A stretch of DNA of 37,800 bases, from the NCBI GenBank assembly GCA_001687465.1, contig LVLI01000052.1, positions 1 through 37,800 on the forward strand, in the 5' to 3' direction. The notes beneath the pieces are model-generated. The model was not told where the DNA came from. It made no database searches and was given only the letters and a program-made list of their open reading frames with translations. The stretch comes from Halocafeteria seosinensis (lineage: Eukaryota). The translations under genes were made by a program, and so were the position numbers. Numbering within the stretch: the first letter of the stretch is position 1; each line of letters starts with the position of its first letter. Positions 23,985 to 37,296 of this stretch are shown one piece after another.

Positions 23985-26900
23985 ATGAAGCCATCAAAGA
24001 CCGGCGTAACCTTATTGTGGTTGCTAGGCATCTTACTGGGAGGAACTCCTGCCTCTGCCGCCGAATGTATTTCCCCTCTTGAGTGGAATGGTGAAGATGT
24101 TTGTTTACTTGGACATCACCTGACAGACAACTACTGCTGTGAATGCAATGTAAGTACATTTTCCTAAAGGAATGCGAACATTGAGATTACTTCTATGCTT
24201 GTAAATGAATATTAATTCTGGTCTTTCAGAGCGGTAAGTTCAATTCGGAAACTTTCTCGGGGCAACAGCTGACTAAAGCAGAAAGTTGCAAACTATGCCC
24301 CGCTGGGCGAAAACAGCCTGATACTGGACAGGATAAATGTGTATCTTGCGTCGCTGGAAAGTATTCTAATGAGGGAGCGAGAGTCTGCAGTCTTTGTCCT
24401 ACTGGAGAATTCCAGAATAGTCCCGGCTCTGAGGATTGTAAGAGTTGCCCCCTAGGGTATAGTGCAAAATCTGAAGGCAATGCGGAGTGTTATGCATGTG
24501 AATCGGGTTACTTTGCGGACGACAGTGGAAATGAAGTTTGTGCAGCCTGCCCAGTAGGGCAATTTACAGAGTCCAAAGGATCCACAGGCTGTAGTAGCTG
24601 CCCTGCGGGCCAGTTTGCCCCAGAAAAGGGCTCCACTGGGTGCACCAATTGCTCTTCTGGAAAGTTTCAGGCCTCCAAGGGATCAGCGTCCTGTGTTGCT
24701 TGTAAGGCCGGACGGTATCAGAGTTCTCCCGGAGAGGATTCATGTGTGCTCATCGAGGCTGGCTATTTCGCACCGCGAGGAGCAGACTCACAATCTGCCT
24801 GTCCTGCTGGGAAGTATGCATCTAGTGGAGGAAGTGTTGATTCAGATTGTGAAGGACCTTGCTCGGCTGGACGGTATTGTACCCAAGATGGATTAACTAG
24901 TCCCGACGCTGGCAACTTATGTCCTGCGGGGCGGTACAGTCGCGAGGGTGAAACAAGCCCTGATTGCACTGCACCGTGTCCAGCAGGTTTCTATTGTCCC
25001 CAAGGAACAGGTAAAGGTTCTTGGAAGAAATGTGGCACGGCAGGTAAGTATTGTCCCGAAGGAGCGTCTAAGCCGAAAGATACACCTGAGGGCTATTATT
25101 CGACTCCTGTGGACACACCATCTGATCGGCGATCCGGCGCGAAGGAATGCCCCAAGGGTTACTACTGCCAAGAGGGCGAACGATTTCCTTGTTCTGAAGG
25201 CCGGTATGGCAATACTCAGGGCATAACGAGCGAGTCATGTACAGGAGTTTGCGACGATGGGTACTACTGCCCTGAAGGCAGTGTTTCACCCCAAGAGCAG
25301 TTCTGTTCAGATGAAAATCCTCAGTATTATTGTGTTGATGGGAAACGAAAGACTTGTGCCTCTGGGTTCTACACACTTCCTGAGAACTCCGATACTTCGA
25401 CACGAACAGACTGTAAACGATGCTCTGAGAAATTTAGCTGTCGTATTGGGCAACGATTTCGAAACACAGTGTGGCAAGACAGTACGTGTGCCTTGAGTAG
25501 TGGAAGCAACCGTATCTTCGTTGATGAAGTCAAAAAACCCGCTTCACAAGACATCGTACTATGGGATCCTTTTCAGGTTCAAGTACAAGTACAGTGGGAC
25601 AAGTGGAAGTACAATGTTGTGTCGGTTACACAAAATGGCCACACCAGAGCAGGAAAGCCTTGCGACGCCGATGTTACTGAGGAAGACTTATTCGACATTT
25701 TGACACAATCGAGTAGTAGAAACTTTGAAGGTATACCCCAAAGGGACGGTCAATTGGTTTTGAATGAGGGTGCTGTATTGGCATCATCTAATTGCGATGC
25801 CTATGATGTTAGAATAGAAGTGGACGCTGAAGAAGCCGTTTATCGAAGCTGTGCAGAGGTTCCGCATGATGGTGAATTTGAAATTGACCCGTTTGAAAAG
25901 GGCAAAGAAAGTAGCTTCTTTGTAAAATGCAAAAATGGTTTCACACGAATAACGAGATACATCGCTAGACACAAATTGGATGCCACTTTGAGCTCCAGCG
26001 GTGAGCACGACAGTGGTTTTCGGAATGGAGATCGACCTTACAGTGTAGACAGAGGTGGTGGCCATCGTTCACTTTACGATATTCCTATCCCCTTTGGTTT
26101 CACTCACTTCAAACTCGAGTCGTTCACAATACGTGCCGCATCCTTTCTTGAAGGCGGCAGTGGTCATACCTCAGAAACTTGGGGTAGCCCTCCAAATGAC
26201 TGGGGCGAATATCATGGAGACTTTGCGTTTGGTTCCCCAGATGACACAGGCCCTGTCACAGGCTACTCAGACTTCTCAAGGTGCAACTCGCATTCTGGCA
26301 CATGCGGATTTGGAGGTAATAATCAGCTCTTTTCCATCAACAATGGACCGAGCACTACGTTTCGTATGTATTGGGGTGAGAGGGGGTGGCAGCATGAGGG
26401 TTGGATTTGGTATGACGGGTACATCTGGGTTAAGAATGAGAATAAAGACGATGACGAAGCTTCGTTTTACAAGAATATTGAGACTACGTCTTGTACTGTG
26501 CAAGTAGCGTTAAAGCAGGATAACACGCCTCCTTTCCGGAAGGCAGGCGTAGACCCAATAATAGAGCTAGAAGCTGAACGAGGACAAGCACGAGGTGAAC
26601 CGGTTGGAGGGCCGTTGAGAAATAACTTTTCTGACCCGGAGGGGGATGAAATGACATTTTCATTGGTAGATTCAAATGGAGATGTGGTTGACAACCCTCA
26701 GCATCCATTTTCTCTTGGTGCGTGCACCGGCCAACTAACCGTTTCTGAACCGGAAACGCTCTTAGAAACGAGTGATACTTCGTTCACTCTATATGTACTC
26801 GTCAGCGACAATTTCCGAAATGAACCGGGAACGGTAACGCAAGAAGTCAAGGTCAAGATTGTTCAGCCGAATAGACCTCCGACTGTCTCCGAGGACCCTC

Positions 26901-29900
26901 CAAGGCTCTATGTAGTCGAAAATGCAGAGACAGGTACACCAGTTTTTCCGGAAAAAGACCAAAATGGAAATGAAATCGAAGTGCTGCTTCACTCAGAATA
27001 TGTGTCCGACCCAGACGGCAATGAGCTAAGTGTCACGATGGATAGCTGCTCTACAGAAACTTTTTGTAAAGCATTCCGTTTGGATGAAGATGGCGCAGTC
27101 CATGTAAAAGACAACCGGTATTTGAAGGAACGTTCCTCCCTTCGCATACCACGTTTTATTCGTGTGAAATACAATGATGGTGTTGCCGATCCAGTGGAAG
27201 CCTCAATACCCGTCCGAGTCAGACTTATTCGCTCGGCACCAGAAATTACAACGACGAAATTTGGAATGGAAGAGAATGCTAAAGGACTTGTGGGAGAACT
27301 CGTTGCCGAAGATGAATCTGGTAGCACATTTGCTTACCATTTGGAAAGCATACGTTCAAATACCCATGGGTTAGAGGAAGACCGCTTAAATTTAACGAAG
27401 GACGGCAACATTACTGTTGAACCGAACGCCGAGTTCAACGTGATTCGCTGTGCTAACGGTGAACGCTGCACATCCTGTGACCGCTACGACGAATGGATAA
27501 GACTCATCGTCGAAGCAGAAGTTATCAATCGCAGGGATAATAAGTTGGGCCCGACAGTGTCTGCTCCCACCGAGATAGAAGTCCGCGTTGTACGTGTAAA
27601 TTCTCCTCCGCATTTTACAAAACCAACAACTTCATTGAAAGTAGTGGAGGGAGAGACACAGACCGTAGTTGAGGATTTATCTCAGTTTTTCTGTGATATA
27701 GACGCACCTTTGGAGGAGACACATCGTCTTTTCTACAAAATGGTTTACTCAAATGAATTTTCGACCAACTTTACCATAGGTGAAACCTCAGGGAGCTTAA
27801 GGACCACCAACGATGCCTCTCTAGACTATGAACGCGTCCAAGAGGGCAAAATCACTGTTCTCGTCAAAGACAATGGATCTCCGTCTATGAGCATAACAGA
27901 GACGTTGACAATATCGGTTGTCGATGTTGCTGAAGCTCCTATCGTACCTCTTCAGCATTTTCAAGTAAACGAAAGTACAACAGCTAAGGACGGCTATTTT
28001 GGAACAATCCATGTCAAGGATGTTGATAAGTTTGAAGGAACCAGTATGGAGTTTGCATCACCGGCGTCTACTTTCGAGTTCGAGCAACTAACGCTGAGCG
28101 ACTACTTCTCCCTGAATAGACAGAATGGGAAAATCAGTGTTGCTCCCGAATATGTTCCGGATTATGAGACGTCCTACCCAGACGAGACAGTGGAATCGTT
28201 GTCGTTCCGTGTCATAGACATTGTGAATAACGTGAGCACCGTTTCAAGTGTGACAATCGAGATAATGGACGTTCGTGAAGCGCCGTTCTTTGAACCCCCG
28301 ATTCAAAACTTTACATTGAATTTCTTTGCAGAGAGGGCTACGTCTTTAGGCAAAGTGGAAGCCACAGATAGAGACTTTGGAGACAGTCTAAAATATTTTA
28401 TGGTGTCCGGTCCTGATTTCTTGTTCCTTTCTGGCTCAGGGAACCTGTTATACTTCCCTGGGGATTCGCTTAATCTCACACTTAATGATGTCGACGATGT
28501 CTACTCTTTTGACGCTCTAGTCAGAGATTCAGATGGACTGCAGGTGACGAATACCCACTTCGTACATGTAACTAATTTACAAACGCCTCCTAGATGGGTA
28601 GGCAGTTCAGAGAAATTCTCCAAGGGAGAGTCCATTACAGTGAAAGTGGATGAACATCATAAGGGAGTTGTTGACGGTTTTTAACTTGAGTGCAAGGATG
28701 ACAATGATCTCGGTATCGGATATCAACTTCTAGGAAGTAGTCCCAACGTGTACGAAGACATCGTTCGTATTCTCAGGGACAAGGGTCAACTGGAAATCCT
28801 AGACCCTGATCGGTTCGATTTCGAAGAACTGGAATCTGTGACTGGAGAATTCATAGTTGCATGCGTCGACAATGCTGGTTTGCGAGTTGAGGGAAGCTTA
28901 GTTCTTCAAATCAGTGATGTAGCTGAAGCACCAAGCTTTTTGGAACTTCCGGATACCCTCAGTTTGCAAGTGAGGGAGGATCGTCCAAAAGAATATGTCC
29001 TACGGGATCTACGTGCGTTTGATCGAGATGCATCTAGTCAGAATAAACTTTCATTTAGCACGGAATTGACTGAAAGCAACGGCGAGTCTACAGATACCTG
29101 TAAATATCCCATTATTCCCACGGACTACAAGGCGATTCGAGATGGGCATGAACTAGTAGCAAACCTGTCGATAAATTGTGTATTGGATTACTACAAACAG
29201 TCTCAATATATTCTGAACGTGAAGGTCATTGATGAAGCCGGACTATCCGATGTTGTAAAGACAACGGTGGGTGTCTTATTTGTGAATACCCCTCCTGAAT
29301 TCGAACAAGATAGTTACAAAGTGTCTGTTTCTGAAAACTCGTTAACTGTTGCCAGCACCGATGCATTTCCCTTTTTTGATCGGAACAAGCAGACAACTCA
29401 TGAGTTTACTGTCATCGATACGGACAGTATGAATGTTTCGTTCCGCTTTCGTGAGAATCGCCTGGGAGTTGATACAAATAGCGCCGGTCTGGATTATGAA
29501 TCTGACAGGACTCATCAAATACGGATTCGTGTTACTGACGAAGAAGGATTGTATGATGAAGCAGATGTGGAGATAATTGTCCAGAACGTTAATGACTTGG
29601 CCATTGAATCTGTCGTTTCAGTGCCTGAAATTCATAGTTCGTCGGGCGAGTCGACAATTCGCTTTGAAGGGCGTGATCTGGGACCGATTTGGCGGGATGC
29701 CCGCATTATGGCTGAAGTCTCTTCCCCTGATAACGCTATGAAAGCTAATACCTTTTGCTCGCGAAATATAGAATCAGACGTTTGGAGCAACACCATCGTG
29801 TCTTGTTCAGTTCCGCCCGGTGTTGGGGGAAATTTACAGTGGACACTTTTCGTCGATGGAGATAGCGTGGTGGCTCCACGTGTAACAGCATATGAAGTCC

Positions 29901-32900
29901 CTGTTGTTACGAAGATTGCGGAGTGGCCAAAGAGTGCATCGACACAAGGAGGGCAACGCTTTAGTTTGCAAGGTTTTGGATTTGGGCCCAAGCTCTTAGA
30001 ATCGGATGAAGAAACGTTTGCCACGCCAGTGAAGGTTGAGTACCGTTTGATCAATGAGGAAAACCGACAAGGCACACTCATTGCCCAGTCATGCAGTGTT
30101 ATGAATGACACCATCATCGAATGCTTGACCAGTGAAGGCGTTGGTACCGGATTTGACTTCCGAGTGACTGTCCCGTCTTCTAACAAACAGTGGAAGCAAG
30201 TTTCTGAATGGGCCTCGTTCGAGTCAATTGGCTACAATGTACCATCCATCACGCAAGTGCATCCCTTAGTCGACATGTTTCCTACTTTTGGTATGATGGA
30301 TGCATTTTTTATCGAAGGGGAAGATTTCGGCCCATCGTTAGAGTTTGTCTCCACGGTTTTACGCACTAACGATGAAGCTTATCAGTTTGCAACAACATGT
30401 ATCTTCGGTAACCATACGACGCTTAAGTGTGCACTTCCAGTAGGTATTGGAACCAATTTTACATGGCATGTGACTGTCCAAGAACAATCATCAGGGATTA
30501 CAGATAGAAGCAACGTCAAGATTGTTTCATACGATCCCCCTGTGTTGGACCGGGTAACTGACATAGCTGGTCGCGAGCCTCAAGCATTGGATACCAAAGG
30601 GGACGAAGTCATTACGCTCCATGGGTCTAATTTTGGTCCTGACATGGGTGAAGGAGAAGGTATTATTGTCCAATATGGGGAGTTGTTAGAATATACCGCT
30701 AAAAGCTGTCGAGTAAAAGAACCGCATCAGAAAGTGGAATGTCTCACCGTTCCTGGAGTTGGGAAAAATCAGAGCTGGAGGATCCAAGTAGGGAGTCAAT
30801 GGTCGAACACATTGGAACGTGTGAGTAACTATAATCCTCCCGTTGTGGCAATGTTTGACCGTCCACTGTCCATTGAAGAGAGTATCCAAAATTTGGCTAC
30901 CAGTGGTAATGAGACTGTGTTCATTCATGGGAGCTTCTTTGGCCCAGCGGGTACACCAATCGATTTAGTAGAGTACGGAAATGAGTTTGAAACCTTTCGG
31001 GCCTCTCATTGCAAAGTCCTGAGTCATGAGAAATTAGACTGTCGGACTGCCCCTGGTGCTGGGTCGGAACATGCTTGGTCTGTCGTCATTGGTGGTCAAC
31101 AATCAGAGCGGGCCACTACTTCCTATGAACCTCCTAAGATTGTTGATGTACCAGGTGTCAATGGAACCGATCCGGCGTGGCTGAGTACGCTAGGGGGAGA
31201 ATGGGTGGATGTTGTGGGTGATAACTTTGGACCTCCAGACTCTGACTGGTTTTTGGAGTCCGTAACGTACGGTGAAAGTGGCATCGAATATACCGCCGAC
31301 GGATGTTTTGTAGTCTCCCATGGGCGAATTCGCTGTCGTACAATTGCTGGACATGGTCAGCGGCATCGGTGGATTGTCACGGTGTTTGGACAATCTAGTC
31401 TCGGTACCCAGGCGTTGACTTCTTACGCGGCTCCTGTCATTCGCGAGATCCAACCCCAACGAGGTCCTACAGGATTTAGCATTTCTTCGGCCAGAAATTC
31501 CATGCCTTATATAACTCTGTTAGGCCATGATCTCGGAGCAAATTTGGTCGACATGACCGATGTTAAGGTTTTGATGGACACTGATGGTTCATTTGTTACG
31601 CTTGCCCTTGAAAGGGAATTAGAGGACTGGAGATATACATTGCAGGCCTTATTGGAACGGCAACAACAAGATCCTTCCAACTGGCTAGAGAATGTCCTGT
31701 CGCTAGGACTAACTAAGAAAGATGTTCATGACTGGATGGATAGCCTTTACACCGTTGATGTTCAACCACAGAAACTGTTTAGCTGGCAGACACTACAGTT
31801 TCAGTTACCCAATGGATTTGGAGCTGACCGTCCGGTCTTCATACAAGTCGGCAAAACGTTTTCTCGCTATGTGCCGTTTGACTACAGAGAACCAAGAGTA
31901 ACTAATGTGGCCCCCTCGATTCCCCGTGCTGGCTCAGACAAAATGAAAGTAACCATCGATGGAGAGAACTTCTGTGCAGGCCCCGCGTGCGGCAATCGTT
32001 CTTGCTGCGGTCGGGTTTTTGTCAATGACGAATTAGTGTTCGTCCCCAAGGAACGGTATAGTCATGAGCAAATAATCATCTTCGTTGAGAGACAAGATCG
32101 CGTAAGTGCTGGACGGCGATCGCTAGAAGGGGACACCAACACCATCAGAATCGGTAATCTAGACCAAAATACCACAACGGGATCTGTGCCTTTCCAACCT
32201 CTCTCGCCTTCTATTGCCGGGCAGCAGAAATATATTACGTGGCCTCCGTTCGCCACTGAGGGTGGAGAAGAATTCAAACTTTTCGACGTCGAAGGTATTA
32301 GCAGCAGTAAGACGTCTGTGGAGATCAAAATAGGAAATAAACCCTGTACCAACGTGACTATTCGGTCGTTCTGTGAATCGAAGAACGGATTAATGGTTGG
32401 TAACGTGAGTTGTCTAACCCCGCCCAACGTTGGAAATGCGCATCAGGTACGCGTGAATGTATCGAAAGTTACATCACCCGGTGGAGAGCTGTTTGTTGAT
32501 TATGCAAAGCCGCAAATATGTGTGGTGGAAATGTTGGATGGAAGTGGGGATGCAACTGGCGAGGTTCTCTTCGTGAACCGGAGCAAACAGTGTCAGGAGT
32601 ACGCTGGACACTCAGGAGCAACAATAAGTGGAATCCCAACCACCGGTGCCAGAGTCCAAATACTGGGGAAGAACTTTGGTTCGTCGAAGCTTAAGTATGA
32701 GACTCAAGTTAGGATTGGTGACCTCTTGGTTGCAAATATTCCACTCGATACTCATGATCATAGAATGATGGAACTTGTTCTTCCCCCAGGTGCTGGGAGT
32801 GATATTGGTGTCACTTTTACTGTGGGCCCTGCGACGAATCTGGATACATTTGTGTTCCGATACCAACTCCCATCTATTGCATCCATCTCACCGCCTAATA

Positions 32901-35900
32901 TTCCTACTTTCCCATGGGAAAGCTATTACTTTTGGATTCAGGGATTCAATTTTGGTCCTCCATCTGGTGAATATGGACAAGGTGGTCCAGCGACATTTGA
33001 ACCAAAGGTAGAAGTGCGGTTCGAAGGCGAGGGGGTTTTGAGCTCCCCTACACGTTGCACGTTAGTAGGCTCCAACCACAGTGTTATCCAATGTAAACCG
33101 CCTATCGGGCAAGGTGACTTGTTTTCCGTCCGAGTGACGGTTGATGGTTTGAGTACTGGTCCCCAACAGGGCGTAGTTTCGTTTCAAGAAGCAACCGTTT
33201 CCGAGATAAGTCAGACTTCAGGTCCCACGAGTGGCAGAAGCAGTAATGAGAATCCGATAATTATAACCCTAAAGGGTGATAACTTCGGGCGGACTGGGAA
33301 TGTCTCTTTTGGGGAGGAACCGCAAGTCGAACTAGTCCATTATTCTCATACGGAAGTTCAGTTTAGGCTTCCGGAAGGATTTGGTACGGATCATCGCGTC
33401 ACCGTTTCACCTGCGTATTGGAGTGCTGGTAAAGGTTCACGTAACATAATAAGCTTTGATTATGATCCCCCAGTTGTTCATTCCGTCCATCGGTTGCAAC
33501 CAGGGTGGCGTAGTCGAAAGAATTGTGATCCATTTCGACGCTGTCAGACATCCGGGAATCGGACCAACTGTATTTTGGAGTTCCCTGATTGCTTCCCGAC
33601 GAGCGGTCAGGTACCGATTGAAGTAAACGGGACAAACTTTGCTCCTCGTGGAGCACCCAAAGAAGTCCATATTGACGGGCGCATTTGCTTGTTCGACAAG
33701 GAAGAGTTCCCCACTCCTGAGGATTTGGATCCTCATAGCACGATAGTCTGTAATTTATTTGAAGGTGTTGGAAAGGATTTACCCGTTACTGTCAGTGTTG
33801 ACTCAAGAACGTCTCCTGAAGAGCAAGGGCGAATCTTTTCGTTCGATCCCCCCCGCATCGATAATGTGAAACCGAGCACTCCAGACGCCGAAGGTGCAAG
33901 GATCACTTTTGGAGGAGCCAATTTTGGTCCTGGAGGCGGAGCTATTGACATCAAACTGGGGAATGTGACATGCGAAGACGCTAAGGTTATTGATCATGGG
34001 GAGGCTACATGTGTTAGTCAAGCGGATGAAGTAGGTGCTAAGAGTATTTCTCTATCCGTAGCTGAACGGGATCTTGTGTTCCCCGAATGGCTGGAAAAAG
34101 TGGTAACCGAATGTAAACGTGGATGGTATGCGTTGAGTGGTGAGGAATGTCTTTTCTGTGAGAACGAAGAACCTGGAGCTGTTTGCCCTGGTGGCGAGCG
34201 TTTCGTGGATAAGACCAAGTCCAAGGAAGGTTGGTGGAAAACGAATGATACCACTCCATCGAACCGCTGCCACGACAAGCGTCAAGATCGAGATAAATGC
34301 CCTGTATTTTTGCCCTGTATCCCCAAGGAGGCGTGTCTCGGAAATAATCAGTGTGTGGAAGGGTACACCGGTTACAGGTGTAGCTCATGCGAAGCTGGAA
34401 CACACTTCCGTACCAATGGCGTATGTAAGGAATGCCCTGAAAATGCATGGTTACTGGGTGTTTTTATGGCAATGGCTGTGGTGGGAGCAGCAGTTGGTGG
34501 ATACATCATAAATTCGAAAGGTATCCGACTTGCCGCCTTTACGATCGGAGTCGACTATTTCCAAGTACTGGCCCTGTTTGCTCGCACTCGAGTTCAATGG
34601 CCATCGACAATGGAGACCACATTACAGGCATTATCGTTTTTCAATTTAAATTTAGAACTTGCAGCACCTGATTGCTACATGCAACCCGCTCCTCCGTATC
34701 AGGTTCGATGGTTGGCAACGATGGGACTACCACTCGCTGTCTTTGCACTGCTGGCGATGATTTATATTTCCCGGTATCTCTACAAACTACTGATACTACA
34801 AAGTCCTGCTTCGCAGAGACACACACACGTCAACGCCTTGATTGCATCGGTTGTAATAATCATGTATATCTTGTACATATTCTTGACTCGAATGACTTTG
34901 GATGTCTTTAACTGTGCGCCAACAGATCCTCCGGATGGGAATTTGTATATGGCAGGTCGAACTGATATTATATGTTGGGAAAGTTCGGTCCACATCAACC
35001 TTTTGTTTCCTCTGGGTGTGGTTACTTTGTTGCTTTATGTTATTGCGTTTCCAGTTTTTGCGTTCTTACTTCTTCGCCGAAACAAAGCAGTCGTCAAGCA
35101 TGATCAAATCTTGCGAGCTCATGGAACGGGGCAGTCAAGGCATGAAAATCCCAATTATGTTTTTCGACGTCGATACCAGAGACTTTATCATTTGTTTAAG
35201 CCGGGAAAGTGGTACTGGATAATCATGATCTTGTTGAGAAAATTCTTGATCGCCTTAACCTCGTTGATGTTTCGTAGTAGCCCTACGTACCAATTGTCGA
35301 TGACGTTATTGGTAGTTTTCGCAGCCTATGTATTTCAAGTCCGTCATCAGCCCTACATGAGTCGGAGTGATTTTGAATCGGTAGTTGATGAGCACGCGCA
35401 GAAAGTTAAGGACGGCGATGAGTTACACATGCTGATTCAAAAGAAAATGGATGAGAACCGGGAACGTAATGCAAAATACCCCAAAGGAAAATCCACCGGA
35501 TGGGATGCCCAGAAAGAAAGGCTCATGCGCGAAAAATCAGGATACATGGTCTCCGAACAGATGATTCGGTACTTAACAGATTTCAATACTGTTGAAGCTG
35601 TGTTGTTGGGCTGTGCAATATTGATTAATCTATCGGGCATTATGTTCTTATCTTCGCGTTTCGCTGGAGAATCTTTGGAATATTATCGTACAGAATATGA
35701 AGCACTTGGTGTTTGCGCAATGGTCGTTGTCGTCTTGAGCGCTGCTTATTTCTTGTTCGTCTTTGGGTACGAACTACTATCTACCTTCTATCCTGAAGCG
35801 GCCATGAGATGTCTTGCAGCGTGTTCTTGTGGTAAGAGCAAAAAGGTGGATGCCTCCAAACTGGGACGCAGTAAGTCTTCAACGACTGTAGACAATGCTC

Positions 35901-36226
35901 CAATGCAAACCCAAATGAATCCGCTGACATATGGTAAGGAGGAAGGCAAGAGCACCGGGGCTAACAATGGGAATGATAGTGATCTTAAGCAACAGTTAGA
36001 AGAAGCTCGCGAAGAAATAAGGTTTTTGAAGAGACAAAGACCGAGTATTCACGGAACGGAGTCGTCTGTTGGGAATCCTTTGCGCAAAGGCCGGATTCGG
36101 CAAGAGTTCTCTCCATATATGTCACGGCAAGCTGCACCTGTTGGGAGAGGACGTGGTCGTGATGCCCGTCAATCCGAAGACGACGTATCCTTTGGCCAGC
36201 TTAGTGCCGTCAGAGAAGTAAAGTGA
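23985..36226 (+). CDS. Giant nonagonal-type cadherin: signal peptide, Cys-rich repeats, cadherin repeats, IPT/TIG repeats and about nine TM helices; one in-frame TAA at 28682-28684
   Basis: Signal peptide MKPSKTGVTLLWLLGILLGGTPASA. Intron 24150-24229 joins it to CxxCPAGxY repeats. Cadherin Ca-binding motifs LDYE, DxD and D[V]xE[AP]P. IPT repeats (TxGG..IxGxNFGP...CxxPxGxG). Nine hydrophobic segments counted after about 34450. ORFs 24746-28684 and 28748-36226 are in the same frame. Confidence 0.85.
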
Positions 36227-36779
36227 TTGAGTGTGGTTGTGTTTTGAGTCGAAAGCTTTATTCGTTCTGGTTATGAGCACCATTGCTATTCATTATATTC
36301 TTAGTATTCCGACGAAGCTGACAAACTAGGTACATGCAGGGAAATGAAAGTGCAACTAACTAAAAATGTAGTACTGTACGACTGCGGAGCTGAAACACCA
36401 TATTACGTATTTCGAACTTGTGAAGCGTGACGAAGAAATATTAAATAAATTCTGAGTTCTAGAATTGCTGACATCTTCCGTTTAGCTGATGGTCAACTTC
36501 TCGTGCACACACAAGCGAATAAAATTACTGGCAACGTCCAACTATATTTTTGGAATACCGGTATAACCATGTATCCAACCTCAACTATTCAGGTTGTATT
36601 CGAGTCATGTCCCTAGAGGCATACTTTTTGACTTCGTTTCTATTGACTTCGTTATTGCAAGGTTAAGGCAAATCGCTTTTGCATACCTCGGTATCTGTGA
36701 ATGAAGCCTTTTATGACCTTGCGCTACCTTTTGTGGCCAAGTTGGCATCCTGTCAGGCAGAGCGCTCTCCAACAACGTT

Positions 36780-37296
36780 CATTCTAGTTCGTTCACATTG
36801 GAGACATTGTACCTGATGAAGGCGGTCCGGCTAACGAGTTTCTCTCGACTAGCCACAAATATCCCCCAATTGAAAAATCGCGGGTGATACACAAGGTGAT
36901 TGCTACGCGAACGTTCGTATGTTAATAAGCGCAGCCAAGTCTCTAGAAGTGAGGCTGTACCATTTCTACTCATTTGCACTTCCACATCACTACGCTTCAA
37001 AGTGACATAATGCTGAATTATCTTGCTAGTGTATTTCAGCGCCAAATCTCCTGCAATTAAAGGAAAAGAAATATTTGCCTTTGAAGTTTCGAAATTTGGC
37101 AGGTTGACGAACTACTATGTACCTTCTGTCCTGAAACGGCCATGCGGTGTCCTGCAGCTATGCTATTGCTCCAGGCTTATTTGCGCCATACAGCAGATTA
37201 ACAGCTATGTCCTGACGCATATGGTGTATAACAGAGTGAATAATGGACAACATCGGCGCAATGCCCGTGCCACCGGCAAGCAGGTTAATGTTCTGC
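36780..37296 (-). pseudogene. FNR-family / NADH-cytochrome b5 reductase-like NAD(P)H-binding domain, truncated and disabled
   Basis: NINLLAGGTGIAPMLSII...VNLLYGANK is followed by a premature TAG at 37158-37160. A downstream LVS-GPP (xCGPP-like) motif at about 36820-36838 needs a 1-nt frameshift. The N-terminal FAD domain is absent and retroelement sequence lies in its place. Confidence 0.65.

Noticed and set aside
23420..24159. Minus-strand ORFs of 95 and 163 aa
   Set aside because: No recognisable domain; one overlaps the cadherin's first exon in antisense.
28661..28690. Micro-intron (e.g. the 24-nt GTTGTT...TTGAG) removing the in-frame TAA
   Set aside because: The donor does not match the GT[AGT]NG[TAC]-type donors seen here, it is far shorter than the other introns, and it would delete part of a cadherin strand. 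Not formally excluded without RNA data.
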